From the IMG/VR virus record IMGVR_UViG_3300034946_000506: a stretch of 64,000 bases of DNA, one strand, 5' to 3'. Position numbers and translations under genes: made by a program. The notes beneath the pieces were generated by a model. That model made no database searches. It was given only the letters and a program-made list of their open reading frames with translations, and had not been told where the DNA came from. Source of the stretch: an uncultured virus (IMG/VR IMGVR_UViG_3300034946_000506) (Duplodnaviria; Heunggongvirae; Uroviricota; Caudoviricetes). This document shows, in pieces, positions 9,261 to 19,486 of the stretch (position 1 is the first letter of the stretch; every line of letters starts with the position of its first letter).

Positions 9261-9686
9261 CTATTTTTTTATTAGGTCAGGAAATGCAGCTTTTATTGTG
9301 GCCTTGGTGATATATTTGAGTTTGATCTTTTTATCTTTGGCATCACAGAAAAGTTGTGCATCATCTGGGTGGATAGATTCAAGAAGCTCTACAAATTTTG
9401 TTTCTCTCTTGAATTGGTTTAAATTAGGCGAAGCAGATTTAACAAAGTTTCTAAACCTTGGATACTCAAATCTAAGTTCACTAGGTTTATTTTTACCTTC
9501 AATGTTAAACTTTTTGTAAGGTGGTTCTCCTTCAGGTAATGCTAATGATATTGTCTCATCAAAGGCAATACGTAAGACATCTTTTAAAGCAGTACATTCT
9601 TGGTCATGTAAATATTTAATTCTGTCTTCTCTAGTTTTTAATTTATTAGTATTAACTAATATTTCTGATATTAATGGTTTATCCAT
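9261..9686 (-). CDS. Conserved hypothetical protein downstream of rnh
   Basis: LPEGEPPY...KRETKFVELLESIHPDDA, typical T4-like marine phage protein. Confidence 0.75.
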   Translation of the reverse strand: MDKPLISEILVNTNKLKTREDRIKYLHDQECTALKDVLRIAFDETISLALPEGEPPYKKFNIEGKNKPSELRFEYPRFRNFVKSASPNLNQFKRETKFVELLESIHPDDAQLFCDAKDKKIKLKYITKATIKAAFPDLIKK

Positions 9687-10533
9687 TATAAAATTCCTCC
9701 ACGCATTCAATCAATAGACTGCATCTTTTTTTAATTAAGTAATTCAAAACCTTCATTTTCATAGCTGGTTTTTGCTCGTTAAAATTATTTATAATCTTTT
9801 CTTGAATGTTCGCAGGAATTTCTAATAAATCTATTAAAGTTTTATTCCTTTGGAAATTACGATATTCATCATGAGACATTATCTCTCTAAGATTATCTAC
9901 ATTATCTGCCCAATGTTCTATCTTTTTCATAGTCATTGGAGTTTGCCTAATACTATCCATAATAGCATTATCAGGAGATAGTACGTTAGGAATACCATCA
10001 CCTTTATCACCCTTACAAATATGTTCAAATGTATACTTACGAGGGTTAGGATTTGAAACCATTTTCTTTTGTATTGGTGAATACTGTTTTACATTATTAT
10101 ATCTATGTAATTGAATAAAATCTTTATCAGAAGATATAATCATAACAGGTTCATGCTGACCAAACTCTTGTGTTTGTTGAGCTAGTACACCAATAGAATC
10201 ATCAGCCTCACATCCATCTAAATGAATTACTTTGTATGGAAAGTTTTCTTTTAACTCTTCACGTACTAGGTTTAAAATTCGAAAGATTTCACCCCAGTCT
10301 TGAGTTGACTCTTCTCTATTCTTTTTGCGATGCCCTTTATATAAAGGAAAGTAATTTTTACGCCAGTAACCAGAACCATCAGCGCAAATAACCATTTGGC
10401 CGTATTCTTTTCGATACTTTTTATTATACATACGTATACTATTAAGTATCATATGTCTTATCATATCTTCATCATTTAATTTTTGTACTATAATATTAGA
10501 TAGTGCTATTTGACTATAATCAAGTAAAATCAT
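9679..10533 (-). CDS. rnh: T4-type RNase H / 5'-3' exonuclease
   Basis: ILLDYSQI, YKGHRK, EADD, SSDKDF, GDKGDGIPN. Confidence 0.92.
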   Translation of the reverse strand: MILLDYSQIALSNIIVQKLNDEDMIRHMILNSIRMYNKKYRKEYGQMVICADGSGYWRKNYFPLYKGHRKKNREESTQDWGEIFRILNLVREELKENFPYKVIHLDGCEADDSIGVLAQQTQEFGQHEPVMIISSDKDFIQLHRYNNVKQYSPIQKKMVSNPNPRKYTFEHICKGDKGDGIPNVLSPDNAIMDSIRQTPMTMKKIEHWADNVDNLREIMSHDEYRNFQRNKTLIDLLEIPANIQEKIINNFNEQKPAMKMKVLNYLIKKRCSLLIECVEEFYNG

Positions 10534-10862
10534 TCTAAATTTTCCGTTATTTTTTCATGTATTAAATCGAAGTAATCATGTAGAAAGTGATCGACTCCTC
10601 CGTATCTCATTAACATTGAAGATATCATATTAATAATAACAAACATATCTTTTGCTTCTGGAAACACTGGGTTTCTAAAATCAATATTATCAAAATAACT
10701 ACTATCATTTAATAGTAATTCTTCAATCATCAGCAATATTATCTGAGAAGTTTCTCTACATTCATCACTGAATTCCTCGTACTCTTCTCTAAGAAATTCT
10801 TTCTCTTCCTCAATTTCTCGAGTACGTTTATTAAGTGGGAACTGTATAATATTGTCTTTCAT
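10530..10862 (-). CDS. Hypothetical protein
   Basis: NIIQFP N-terminal motif; directly after a promoter. Confidence 0.7.
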   Translation of the reverse strand: MKDNIIQFPLNKRTREIEEEKEFLREEYEEFSDECRETSQIILLMIEELLLNDSSYFDNIDFRNPVFPEAKDMFVIINMISSMLMRYGGVDHFLHDYFDLIHEKITENLE

Positions 10863-10869
10863 AATGTAT

Positions 10870-10898
10870 ATTATATCACAGTTTTACGTAAATGTAAA
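10870..10898 (-). promoter_or_regulatory. Sigma70-type early promoter; predicted leaderless mRNA
   Basis: TTTACA-N17-TATAAT followed by ATACATT-ATG. Confidence 0.8.
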
Positions 10899-10901
10899 GG
10901 T

Positions 10902-11327
10902 TTATTTTGAAAAGTTTTTAACCGCATTCCCACCAATTCTGCAATTGATAATACCATTATAATAATCATCTGTTAACAATACCTCTCTATCAAACTGTTC
11001 TTTAGTTTCCATATAAGCACATTCAGATTTAGTTTTGCACATGTAAAGAATTTCTCTATAAAAACATTCTTCTCCCATAGTGTTTACATCTTCTACTAAA
11101 TGTTTATTGGAACCCCAATAGTCTCTCCAATCAGATTCTACTAATAACTTTTTGCGTCTTTTTCTTGTCTTTGTTATCGGTAGAGTCTTCTTGCTCCAAA
11201 AAAACTTCTTTCCAACATATTTCTTTCCTGAGCCACGGTTGGTTATCATATAGACAAAACCGTACACGTCTTCTGGAAGAAATTGTTCTGGCGGTTGCCA
11301 GGCGATGCCTTGATAATGCCATGTCAT
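10902..11327 (-). CDS. GIY-YIG nuclease-like protein
   Basis: GFVYMITN...KKYVGKK...YWGS...E...YYN. Confidence 0.75.
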   Translation of the reverse strand: MTWHYQGIAWQPPEQFLPEDVYGFVYMITNRGSGKKYVGKKFFWSKKTLPITKTRKRRKKLLVESDWRDYWGSNKHLVEDVNTMGEECFYREILYMCKTKSECAYMETKEQFDREVLLTDDYYNGIINCRIGGNAVKNFSK

Positions 11328-11328
11328 A

Positions 11329-11469
11329 TTACTCGTTAAAGTCTAGTTCTTCTAGAGCCTCATCCTGTTCTTCACCACAATGTGGACAAAATAAAACAAT
11401 CTCGTCTTCATTGTGACCTATTATAGTTCTATTAAAACAATGATCACAATTGACTACTGATCGTTTCAT
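11329..11469 (-). CDS. Small zinc-ribbon protein
   Basis: Manual translation with CDHC...CPHC and an acidic tail. Confidence 0.65.
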   Translation of the reverse strand: MKRSVVNCDHCFNRTIIGHNEDEIVLFCPHCGEEQDEALEELDFNE

Positions 11470-11693
11470 ATGTGTTCCATCATTGATTTTAGTTTATCGT
11501 ATCCACCAATTTTTACTCCATCAATAGTAACTTGTGGAAACGTTCGTGCTTGTGGAAAAGTTTCTACCATCTGCTCTCTACTAAAATCAATTCCTAGCTG
11601 TCTATATGTATATCTTAATTCTCTGTGTTCAACTAACTGCTTTGCCATGTCACAATATGGACACTGTGGCTTTCCCCAAATTTCTATATTCAT
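11466..11693 (-). CDS. nrdC: Glutaredoxin
   Basis: CPYC active site, RTFPQ, IGGY; follows nrdB. Confidence 0.92.
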   Translation of the reverse strand: MNIEIWGKPQCPYCDMAKQLVEHRELRYTYRQLGIDFSREQMVETFPQARTFPQVTIDGVKIGGYDKLKSMMEHI

Positions 11694-12763
11694 AAGCTTA
11701 ATCCTGATAGTGCGTCTGCATCTATATCTTGTTTTACTCCGCCTGTTACATATGAAGTAATCTCTGTTTCTTGAGGAGCAACTTGAACATTACCACCCCC
11801 AATCCATTTTTCAGTCCAGGGTAATGGGTTAGCTTGTGGAACTACATAAGGACATGGTAATCCAATAGCACGCATTCTCTTACAGCCAATCCACTCAATA
11901 TAGTCTGCTAATATTTTTTCGTTAAGTCCAATCATAGAACCATTTTTAAATAAGTATTTGGCCCATGCTTTTTCTTGATCAATTACTTCTTCATAAAGAG
12001 CAATACTATCTGCTTCCATTTCTCGCGAGATTTTTTCAAAGTCTTTATCTTCTTTCTTAAGAAGCTTTAACATAATTGTTGTAGAAGCTAAGTGTAAGTT
12101 TTCATCACGAGCAATCAGCTTAATAATCTTTGCATTGCCTTCCATCTTCTTTAATTCAGCAAACGCCCAAGAACAAGCAAATGATACATAGAACCTAACA
12201 CCTTCAAGAGCATTAGCACTCATCATGGCCATCCAAATAGCTCTTTTATGATCCATTGTTTTAGTCGGGCCCGTGTTACACTTAATTAGATCATCATAGT
12301 ATTTGGCAATCGATTTACCACAATCCATAATTTCTTTTTGATTTAATAAGTCGTCAAACACCATAGATGGATCTGGATATACATTACGAATAATATGTGT
12401 GTATGATCTACTATGAATGGTTTCAGAAAATGACCAAGTTTCAATCCAGTTCTCTACTTCAGGTAAAGATACAATTGGAAGAAATGCTAAGTTAGGAGCT
12501 CGTCCTTGAACACTATCAAGTAAGATTTGTCTTTTAAGATTGCTTGTAAAGATATGTTGCTCGTTTTCAGTAAGAGCATTGAAATCTTTTTTGTCTTTTG
12601 ATACATCAATTTCTTCAGGTCTCCAAAAGAAACCCAATTGTTTATCTGTTATTTTGTCCACTTGTGGGTATTTAACTTCATCATATCTTTGAATATCTAC
12701 AGCCTCATCTAGAAACATATTTTTACTAAGGTGAGACTTCTTATTCTTCTTCAATACAGCCAT
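11690..12763 (-). CDS. nrdB: Ribonucleotide reductase class Ia beta subunit
   Basis: FWRPEE, ETIHSRSY, EGVRFYVSF, DENLH, VAPQETE. Confidence 0.97.
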   Translation of the reverse strand: MAVLKKNKKSHLSKNMFLDEAVDIQRYDEVKYPQVDKITDKQLGFFWRPEEIDVSKDKKDFNALTENEQHIFTSNLKRQILLDSVQGRAPNLAFLPIVSLPEVENWIETWSFSETIHSRSYTHIIRNVYPDPSMVFDDLLNQKEIMDCGKSIAKYYDDLIKCNTGPTKTMDHKRAIWMAMMSANALEGVRFYVSFACSWAFAELKKMEGNAKIIKLIARDENLHLASTTIMLKLLKKEDKDFEKISREMEADSIALYEEVIDQEKAWAKYLFKNGSMIGLNEKILADYIEWIGCKRMRAIGLPCPYVVPQANPLPWTEKWIGGGNVQVAPQETEITSYVTGGVKQDIDADALSGLSL

Positions 12764-12774
12764 TAATTTTTTCC

Positions 12775-15066
12775 TTATATTTTACAGCTTTCGCAGTCGT
12801 CTTCTTCATATTGTGGGCTTTCACCATCGTATGCATGATGGGTCGTTTCATCTGTCATTTCTCCAGCCCCATCAAACGTATTGAAATAGTAAAGTTGTTT
12901 TAATCCGTACTTATATGCAGTTATTAAATCGGTTAACATTATTGACATTGGTATCTTATTATCTTCATAGTGTTCTGGATTATAAGATGTATTTACACTA
13001 ATGCCTTGATCTATGTATTTTTGAAGAATAGCACAGATCTTAAGATAACCATCAGGAGATTTTTGATCCCACAATAAGTCATACTTATTTTTTAAGCGAG
13101 CATAGCCAGGAACAACCTGAGCCATAACTCCATCCTTACTTTGTTTATAACTAACTAACGCACGAGGTGGTTCTATTCCATTCGTGCTGTTAGAGATTTG
13201 TGCACTTGTTTCAGCAGGCATTAATGCCATCAGAGTAGAATTGCGAGTACCTGTTTCTTTGAGCTTTTCTCTAAGCTCGTTCCACGGTAGTCTTTCTTTA
13301 TGCTCTATCAAATTATCTATTGCACCTTTATATGTATCAATTGGCAACACTCCACGAGCATATTTTGTGTGATTTTTTAAAGTTATTTCACCTTTTTCTT
13401 CAGCTAATTTTTGAGAAGCTTCAATTAAGTAATAAGACCATGCTTCTGCATACTCATCTACTATATCAAAAGCGCCTTCATCATATTTAAGCCCACGTTT
13501 CGCTAAGAAGTATGCTAGGTTGATTATACCCACACCTAATGGTCTACGCATTCTAGTCCCTCTCTCGGCAGCAGGCACTGGATATGATTGATAATCCAAT
13601 AATTCATCTAAAGCTCTTACAGATAAATCACAATACTTTTTAAATTCTGATGGTTCGTTAATAAGACCCCAGTTAATTGCTGATAATGTACATAATGAAA
13701 TTTCACCTTCATCTGGATTATCAGATAATGGACTAGTCGGTAAATCGATTTCACAACATAGATTACTCATACGAATAGGAGCAAGCTTTGGCTCAAACGA
13801 ACCATGCTCATTAGCATGATCTACGTTCATTATATAAATTCTACCTGTGTCTTTTCTTTGCTGCATTAAAGTAGAAAATACATCAGTAGCTGGTAATGTC
13901 TTCTTTCTAATAGATCGAGTCTTTTCATATTTTTCATATAGTTCTTTAAATCTATCTTGGTCATCAAAGAAAGATTCATATAAACCAGGAACATCGTTTG
14001 GATCAAAGAAAGTAATGTTACCACCAGACAATAATCGTTCATACATTAGTTTATTAATCTGGAATGCATAATCCATATGCCTTACACGGTTTTCTTCAAT
14101 GCCTTTATTGTTTTTAAGTACAACAAGATCTTCAAATTCGTAATGCCACATAGGTAGATATACAGTAGCAGCTCCTCCACGAACACCGCCTTGTGAACAT
14201 GACTTGACTGCCGCCTGAAAGTATTTAAGGAATGGAATTAATCCAGTATGTACTACTGAACCGTCACCAACCTTGGATCCTTCAGCTCTTATAGAACCCG
14301 CTCCAATACCAATGCCGGCTTTCTTACTAATATATTTTACAATCCCGGTGGCAGTAGCATTAATACTATCGAGACTATCACCAGATTCGATAAGCACACA
14401 GCTTGAAAACTGACGGGTCGGCGTGCGAACACCAGCCATAATAGGCGTAGGTAACGATATATAGAATTGCGAGATAGCATCATAATAATCTTTGACATAT
14501 TTTGTCCTTTTGTCTTTATCATATTTAGAAAATAGAGTTGCAGATATCATCATGTATAATATTTGCGGAGTTTCGTAATGCTGCTTTGTTTTACGATCTT
14601 GTACTAGGTATTTACCTCTGAATTGTTCCATACCAGCATAAGTAAACGAATCATCTCTGTCATGTTTAATGTAAGCATCAAGCTCTAATAATTCTTCGCG
14701 AGTATAGTCTTGCATAATAGCACCATCATATACTTTACGATCAATATTATCAATGACAACTTCAACTAGTGAATGCGGAGTATATTGACCATAGACTTCT
14801 TTACGAAGTTTATAAGATATTAACCTTGCAGCAACAAATTGGTAGTTTGGAGTATGTTCTGATATCAGCTCAGCCGCTGATTTAATAAGAAGCTCATGAA
14901 TATCATAAGCTGGAATTTTATCATACAGTTGTATATTAGCTTTGATTTCTATTTCGGATATTGAAACACCTGAAATATCTTTAACAGCCCATTCTAAAAC
15001 TTTGTGTACTTTTTCTAAGTCGAAGTCTTGTGATGTTCCATCCCGTTTGGTTACATGCATTGTCAT
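12775..15066 (-). CDS. nrdA: Ribonucleotide reductase class Ia alpha subunit
   Basis: ATP cone VTKRDG, SSCVL, SNLCCEI, MPAETS, C-terminal CESC. Confidence 0.97.
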   Translation of the reverse strand: MTMHVTKRDGTSQDFDLEKVHKVLEWAVKDISGVSISEIEIKANIQLYDKIPAYDIHELLIKSAAELISEHTPNYQFVAARLISYKLRKEVYGQYTPHSLVEVVIDNIDRKVYDGAIMQDYTREELLELDAYIKHDRDDSFTYAGMEQFRGKYLVQDRKTKQHYETPQILYMMISATLFSKYDKDKRTKYVKDYYDAISQFYISLPTPIMAGVRTPTRQFSSCVLIESGDSLDSINATATGIVKYISKKAGIGIGAGSIRAEGSKVGDGSVVHTGLIPFLKYFQAAVKSCSQGGVRGGAATVYLPMWHYEFEDLVVLKNNKGIEENRVRHMDYAFQINKLMYERLLSGGNITFFDPNDVPGLYESFFDDQDRFKELYEKYEKTRSIRKKTLPATDVFSTLMQQRKDTGRIYIMNVDHANEHGSFEPKLAPIRMSNLCCEIDLPTSPLSDNPDEGEISLCTLSAINWGLINEPSEFKKYCDLSVRALDELLDYQSYPVPAAERGTRMRRPLGVGIINLAYFLAKRGLKYDEGAFDIVDEYAEAWSYYLIEASQKLAEEKGEITLKNHTKYARGVLPIDTYKGAIDNLIEHKERLPWNELREKLKETGTRNSTLMALMPAETSAQISNSTNGIEPPRALVSYKQSKDGVMAQVVPGYARLKNKYDLLWDQKSPDGYLKICAILQKYIDQGISVNTSYNPEHYEDNKIPMSIMLTDLITAYKYGLKQLYYFNTFDGAGEMTDETTHHAYDGESPQYEEDDCESCKI

Positions 15067-15109
15067 ATTTTATCCATTATTAATGTTAGTTTATCATAAT
15101 ATACTATAT

Positions 15110-15138
15110 ATTATAACACAGAATTCAGCATTTGTAAA
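15110..15138 (-). promoter_or_regulatory. Sigma70-type early promoter for nrdA
   Basis: TTTACA-N17-TATAAT. Confidence 0.8.
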
Positions 15139-15141
15139 CTG

Positions 15142-15513
15142 TTATTTTACTTTATTTAGGTGTTTTGCTATTTGTCGTGCATGAACTTCAAATAGTGTAT
15201 TAACATCTTCTTCTATAGCATCTATTCTATCTACGAGATCTTCATATCCATCAAATCCATCAAGTCCACATGGGAAGTGAGCCTTTTGTTCTAACTCTTG
15301 AATTCTTTTAGCCATTAAAGGGTACTGTTTAATAAACTTAGCGTCCTTCTTAGCTAGCTCAAGATCATACTTTACTGCGACGTATTGCATAAAGGTATCT
15401 ACTTTCTTTTGGAACCAAATACCTATTGTAGTACCTTGGAACCAAGCATAGAAAGATGAACCAATGATAGATGATAACACTGACTTTAATGTTAATATTA
15501 ATAGCCAATGCAT
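15142..15513 (-). CDS. Membrane-anchored hypothetical protein
   Basis: Hydrophobic N-terminus MHWLLILTLKSVLSSIIGSSFYAW plus coiled coil. Confidence 0.65.
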   Translation of the reverse strand: MHWLLILTLKSVLSSIIGSSFYAWFQGTTIGIWFQKKVDTFMQYVAVKYDLELAKKDAKFIKQYPLMAKRIQELEQKAHFPCGLDGFDGYEDLVDRIDAIEEDVNTLFEVHARQIAKHLNKVK

Positions 15514-15514
15514 T

Positions 15515-16276
15515 TTACTTCTCTCCGGCAGATAGCTTTCTAATAGCTTGTACATAGTTAGGCATTCCATGGTCTACTACACCATCAAAGAACTTCCAAC
15601 GTTTCCATGATTGACCAATACCCTTAAAGAAATCTCTCCATGATGGACCATCAGCTTTATTACCATCACAATCAAAGTAAATCATTTCTCCATGATGTAC
15701 AAATCCTAACCACGCTGGTGGCATTCTACATACTATATCATTGTTATTCATCATTCGGTAATGATCACATTTAATATTTTTTATAAAGAGTGGACCTCCA
15801 ACTCTTGGTGAACCAAAGGTAAAGAGTTCTTGAGGGCAATAACGTGTGGCACTAATAGTAGCCATAGCAGCACCTAGACTATGCCCAGTGAAATATACAT
15901 CTTTGCTTTTCTTTAATTGACTATTCTTATCTAAGATTTTTACGATTTCCATCCATACATCATCTACTTCTTGTTGGAAACCACCATGGACTTTACCACC
16001 AGCAACAGCACTATTCTTAATAACTTTTAGATCTGCCAATACGTCATTTAATTTAGCAGGTTCTGTACCTCTAAACGCAAACCAAAGGTTGTGGGGATCT
16101 TTAGCTACTAATACCTCAGCACCATCAACACTAATTAAATTGGCATTGGTAAAACCTAGGTTTTTACATGCTTCAGCTGCAGGCTTAGGATCCATATAGG
16201 CAATGGCCGACAACTGAGCTGCTATATCTGCTCTTTCCCATACTGTCATTGTATCTTTTATTCTACTTGTCGCCAT
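15515..16276 (-). CDS. Class 3 lipase (alpha/beta hydrolase)
   Basis: AFRGT, VHGGF, GHSLG nucleophile, TFGSPRVG, DIV, DH. Confidence 0.9.
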   Translation of the reverse strand: MATSRIKDTMTVWERADIAAQLSAIAYMDPKPAAEACKNLGFTNANLISVDGAEVLVAKDPHNLWFAFRGTEPAKLNDVLADLKVIKNSAVAGGKVHGGFQQEVDDVWMEIVKILDKNSQLKKSKDVYFTGHSLGAAMATISATRYCPQELFTFGSPRVGGPLFIKNIKCDHYRMMNNNDIVCRMPPAWLGFVHHGEMIYFDCDGNKADGPSWRDFFKGIGQSWKRWKFFDGVVDHGMPNYVQAIRKLSAGEK

Positions 16277-16763
16277 CGGTTTTCTCCACTTTAATTTCAA
16301 CTGCTGCAGCATCTTCATCATTTATTGTAACATTCCTATAGTACACTATCACTTCGCCCAGCTGATTTATATATCTTTTAATTTCTTGAGTGTTATAAGA
16401 CATAAGCTCGTAATCCGCAATTGTCATTGCTACGAATACTACATCACCCCCATTCTTTTTCTTGATATCATCTACGAATCTATCAAAATATGTATACCCT
16501 TCTGGATATAAATCTTCTCTACCCAATTTACAATTGGACTTTTTAGTTTCAGGATCTTTAAGACATCCTTCGATGATTTTAGCATCTGAAACAACATACC
16601 ACTTAGGTTCTTTTAACTTTATCGCTCTTGGTAATACTGGTTGTATTATTTCAATCTGAACAGGCTTACTTATAATCTGGACTTCTCTAGGAGCTTGTTG
16701 AAGTAGACTACAACCACTAATCGTTAAGAGTGCTAATACGAACGCTATCGTTTTGAATCGCAT
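16263..16763 (-). CDS. Outer-membrane lipoprotein, putative o-spanin (Rz1-like)
   Basis: Lipobox ISGC after a signal peptide; Pro-rich segment; overlaps the 3' end of the i-spanin-like gene. Confidence 0.65.
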   Translation of the reverse strand: MRFKTIAFVLALLTISGCSLLQQAPREVQIISKPVQIEIIQPVLPRAIKLKEPKWYVVSDAKIIEGCLKDPETKKSNCKLGREDLYPEGYTYFDRFVDDIKKKNGGDVVFVAMTIADYELMSYNTQEIKRYINQLGEVIVYYRNVTINDEDAAAVEIKVEKTDGDK

Positions 16764-17109
16764 CGAATACCTCCTTTGTTCCATTATTAATTTTCTTCTC
16801 TACTAATCCGGGTTTAGCGCTAGCTAGTTTTCCAAGATTATGTCTACGGAAAACATCTAAGTATTCAGTCATTTGACTTTGGTATACTTCATTTTGGACT
16901 TGTTGACCTTGCAAAGCTTTAGATGTCTTTTCAAAGTTTTCTGTGATGGCCGCGATAGCAGCTTTTTGCTCTTGGTCTCTTAGATCTTGCGCTAAGATAA
17001 CTTTTGATTGTTCTTCTAGTTTGTTAATCATTGGTACTACTGTGAAGTTATAATAGATATACCCTCCAAGTGACATAGCAACGATGATACCTATTAATAT
17101 TTTTGACAT
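16717..17109 (-). CDS. Putative i-spanin (Rz-like)
   Basis: N-terminal TM, coiled coil, KPGLVEKKIN motif as in T4-like Rz. Confidence 0.65.
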   Translation of the reverse strand: MSKILIGIIVAMSLGGYIYYNFTVVPMINKLEEQSKVILAQDLRDQEQKAAIAAITENFEKTSKALQGQQVQNEVYQSQMTEYLDVFRRHNLGKLASAKPGLVEKKINNGTKEVFDAIQNDSVRISTLND

Positions 17110-17112
17110 AAT

Positions 17113-17313
17113 TTACTCTGCTTGTTTTTTAGCTTCTCTCTTTGTCTTTTTAGCCAACATTCTTTCAACAAATTTCCGGCCCGCTGTTGTTCTTCCGTCA
17201 TACGTAGGAACTTTCTTTTTCTTTTTATCATGTACTGCATCTGATGGCATAGACACTCCGCCTCCACCAACACTATTTGCTGCGTCTTCCCATACTTCTA
17301 GAAACTTTTTCAT
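17113..17313 (-). CDS. Small protein with capsid-targeting-like N-terminus
   Basis: MKKFLEVWEDAANS...; basic C-terminus. Confidence 0.65.
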   Translation of the reverse strand: MKKFLEVWEDAANSVGGGGVSMPSDAVHDKKKKKVPTYDGRTTAGRKFVERMLAKKTKREAKKQAE

Positions 17314-17903
17314 TTTTTTAGATCCATACTAGTAACTAGTATTTTTTGTTTAGTTAATACGTGTTCTACCTGATATACATTCAAACCAAAAATACTACCA
17401 TAAGGTTCCATAAAATTAAAAACTTGTACCTTAGTATTTATACCAGCAATTAAGTCACCGGTGACTGGTGATGCAATATGTTCTTTTAATGTATATGTTC
17501 CTGGGCATAACTTGTTATTCTTATCAAACCAAGCAGCGCTTTCTGAAAGATCGATTGTTTCTTCTAGATCTTTTAAGACATTACTCATAATATCTCTAAT
17601 TTCATCTTCAGTAAGATCAGTGTTTTCTTTAATTAAAAACAATGCTGATGCATAAGATGCTAGTTTACTTTTTCCGAATGGTAACTTATTAAGTAATCGT
17701 TTAACATTAAAAACTAATCTATGAAAAACAGTATAAGCGGATTTTTCTTGAGGAGTTTTTCTATCAGCAGCCTTTTTTAAAGTTTTACCTTGGTCATCTA
17801 TAACTCCAAGATCAAAAGCTTCCATCTTATTCCAAGGCGTAACAAGCAACTTTAGAAACCTAAACGCGTAAAATAAATCTGCTGTTCTGGATACTATGCT
17901 CAT
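17310..17903 (-). CDS. Conserved hypothetical T4-like protein
   Basis: DLFYAFRFLKLLVTPW...AYTVFHRLVFNVKR. Confidence 0.75.
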   Translation of the reverse strand: MSIVSRTADLFYAFRFLKLLVTPWNKMEAFDLGVIDDQGKTLKKAADRKTPQEKSAYTVFHRLVFNVKRLLNKLPFGKSKLASYASALFLIKENTDLTEDEIRDIMSNVLKDLEETIDLSESAAWFDKNNKLCPGTYTLKEHIASPVTGDLIAGINTKVQVFNFMEPYGSIFGLNVYQVEHVLTKQKILVTSMDLKK

Positions 17904-18274
17904 TAAATATTCCTTAGTCTGTTTATAACTAATTTATCCAAAGGGATTTCGACCTTATAATCTTCTGGTAAATAATGTAGAAATACTAAAAATGTTTTTA
18001 AAGTTGTGTAGTGCTCAGGTTCAACTTTAAACCACATCATTCTATTAGCAGCATTAATACCAAACACGTTGTATAAAATAATAATATGGTTTAATATTAA
18101 CCTTTCTTGTAAATCACCAGATTGTTCATAACGTCTAAGCAATCTCTTTAGATACTTAAATCTTGTTAAATCTTCTTTAAACTCTTCGACGTCAGTACAC
18201 TCTGGATTATTATAGTGCTGTGACGCGAAGAGCTCGAAGTTCCTACTTGTAAGCTTATCAAATATCTTCATCAT
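17903..18274 (-). CDS. Conserved hypothetical T4-like protein
   Basis: HYNNPEC...EFKEDLTRFKYLKRLL...LILNHII. Confidence 0.75.
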   Translation of the reverse strand: MMKIFDKLTSRNFELFASQHYNNPECTDVEEFKEDLTRFKYLKRLLRRYEQSGDLQERLILNHIIILYNVFGINAANRMMWFKVEPEHYTTLKTFLVFLHYLPEDYKVEIPLDKLVINRLRNI

Positions 18275-18303
18275 ATATTATATATAATCGTTTAATTAGC
18301 TAA

Positions 18304-19476
18304 TTAGTCTTCCTCATTATCAGCTTCATAATTAGCATCAACATAATCAAAGAATTTCTTCTTATTGTCACCTTCTAATTCACCAGGTGAAGTAACACCA
18401 AACTTTTTAAGAGCAGACTTAAAGAATTTCTGATATCTTTCTTTATCTTCTTGCATCTTAGTTTTAGCTTCATTTATAGCAAGAGCCTCATCAACTACAG
18501 ATTCAGTAACTTCTTCATTAGCCAATTGTAAAGCAGCTGCTACTTCTTTATCTTTAGACAAACCTTTCTGCATCTTTTCGATTTTCTTAACAGCACCAGT
18601 CATATTACCACCCATCTTAAGAGCAGTTTCTACAGCTTTCTTAACTAATTTCTTATCAGCAGCTTCGTCAAGTTCGGCAGACTCATTCATCTTTTGGATA
18701 TCGCCTGGCTTCATTCCTGGCCAGTTAGAATCAGGATGAATATTCTTCTGACCCTTTGGTGGTTTAACTTTCCACACTATAGCTTGTTTTGCTTCGTCAA
18801 GATCTTCTTTAATATTTTCTACAGCTTTAATTAGATCTTGAACAGTATACTTCTTCTTAGGATTTAGAGCATCGCCCAAAGCTATTTTATCTGGAAATTT
18901 AGTCTTTTTGCTAGCAATTAAATGTTCACCATCAAAATATAAACCTTTAGCTTTTGTAGCTTTCTTTAAAAACCTAGAAAGTGTCATTTGAGGAATATCA
19001 GAAGCCAGTTCTTTAGGATCTACTTTAGCAGAATTTTCTTCTAAGTCTTCATCTTCATCTTCGTCGTCGTAGTCTTCGCACTTATATTCTTTACCAGCTA
19101 CTGTAAAGGTTAGATCACCTTTATCTCTAGCAGCCATTAAAGCTTTAGTGAAAGCATTGCCTTCCTTTTCAACTTTCTTTTCTTCCTTTACAACTGTTCC
19201 ATCTTCCTTTGCTCCAGACTTCTTGGCTTTATGTGAAGCTTTAAAATCCTTTTCGCCTTTAGCTTTAGGTTCACCAGCTTCTTCAACTTCTGGCTTATCA
19301 TGGGTGTAACCTTTATCAGCAAGAGCTTTATGCTCTGCTTCATCTTTGGCTACTTTTTTCTCGCCTTCAGGACTCCACATATCATGTGGAAAATTTCCTT
19401 CTTCTTTTACTTTACCTTCCAGCACGGCACTTACTGCTGCGGCGACGCTTAAGGTATCTTTATCTTGCAGTCTCAT
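18304..19476 (-). CDS. Highly charged protein, possible internal head/core protein
   Basis: K/E-rich with many L/V-x-E sites (gp21 cleavage-like). Confidence 0.6.
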   Translation of the reverse strand: MRLQDKDTLSVAAAVSAVLEGKVKEEGNFPHDMWSPEGEKKVAKDEAEHKALADKGYTHDKPEVEEAGEPKAKGEKDFKASHKAKKSGAKEDGTVVKEEKKVEKEGNAFTKALMAARDKGDLTFTVAGKEYKCEDYDDEDEDEDLEENSAKVDPKELASDIPQMTLSRFLKKATKAKGLYFDGEHLIASKKTKFPDKIALGDALNPKKKYTVQDLIKAVENIKEDLDEAKQAIVWKVKPPKGQKNIHPDSNWPGMKPGDIQKMNESAELDEAADKKLVKKAVETALKMGGNMTGAVKKIEKMQKGLSKDKEVAAALQLANEEVTESVVDEALAINEAKTKMQEDKERYQKFFKSALKKFGVTSPGELEGDNKKKFFDYVDANYEADNEED

Positions 19477-19486
19477 ATTAGTTCTC

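Noticed and set aside
10902..11327. Mobile homing endonuclease
   Set aside because: It is a short catalytic-only GIY-YIG protein without a DNA-binding tail, so mobility is not supported
11690..15066. Possible introns or inteins in nrdA and nrdB (also checked gp43, gp41 and thyX)
   Set aside because: The ORFs are continuous and of normal length, with no intein-like insertions
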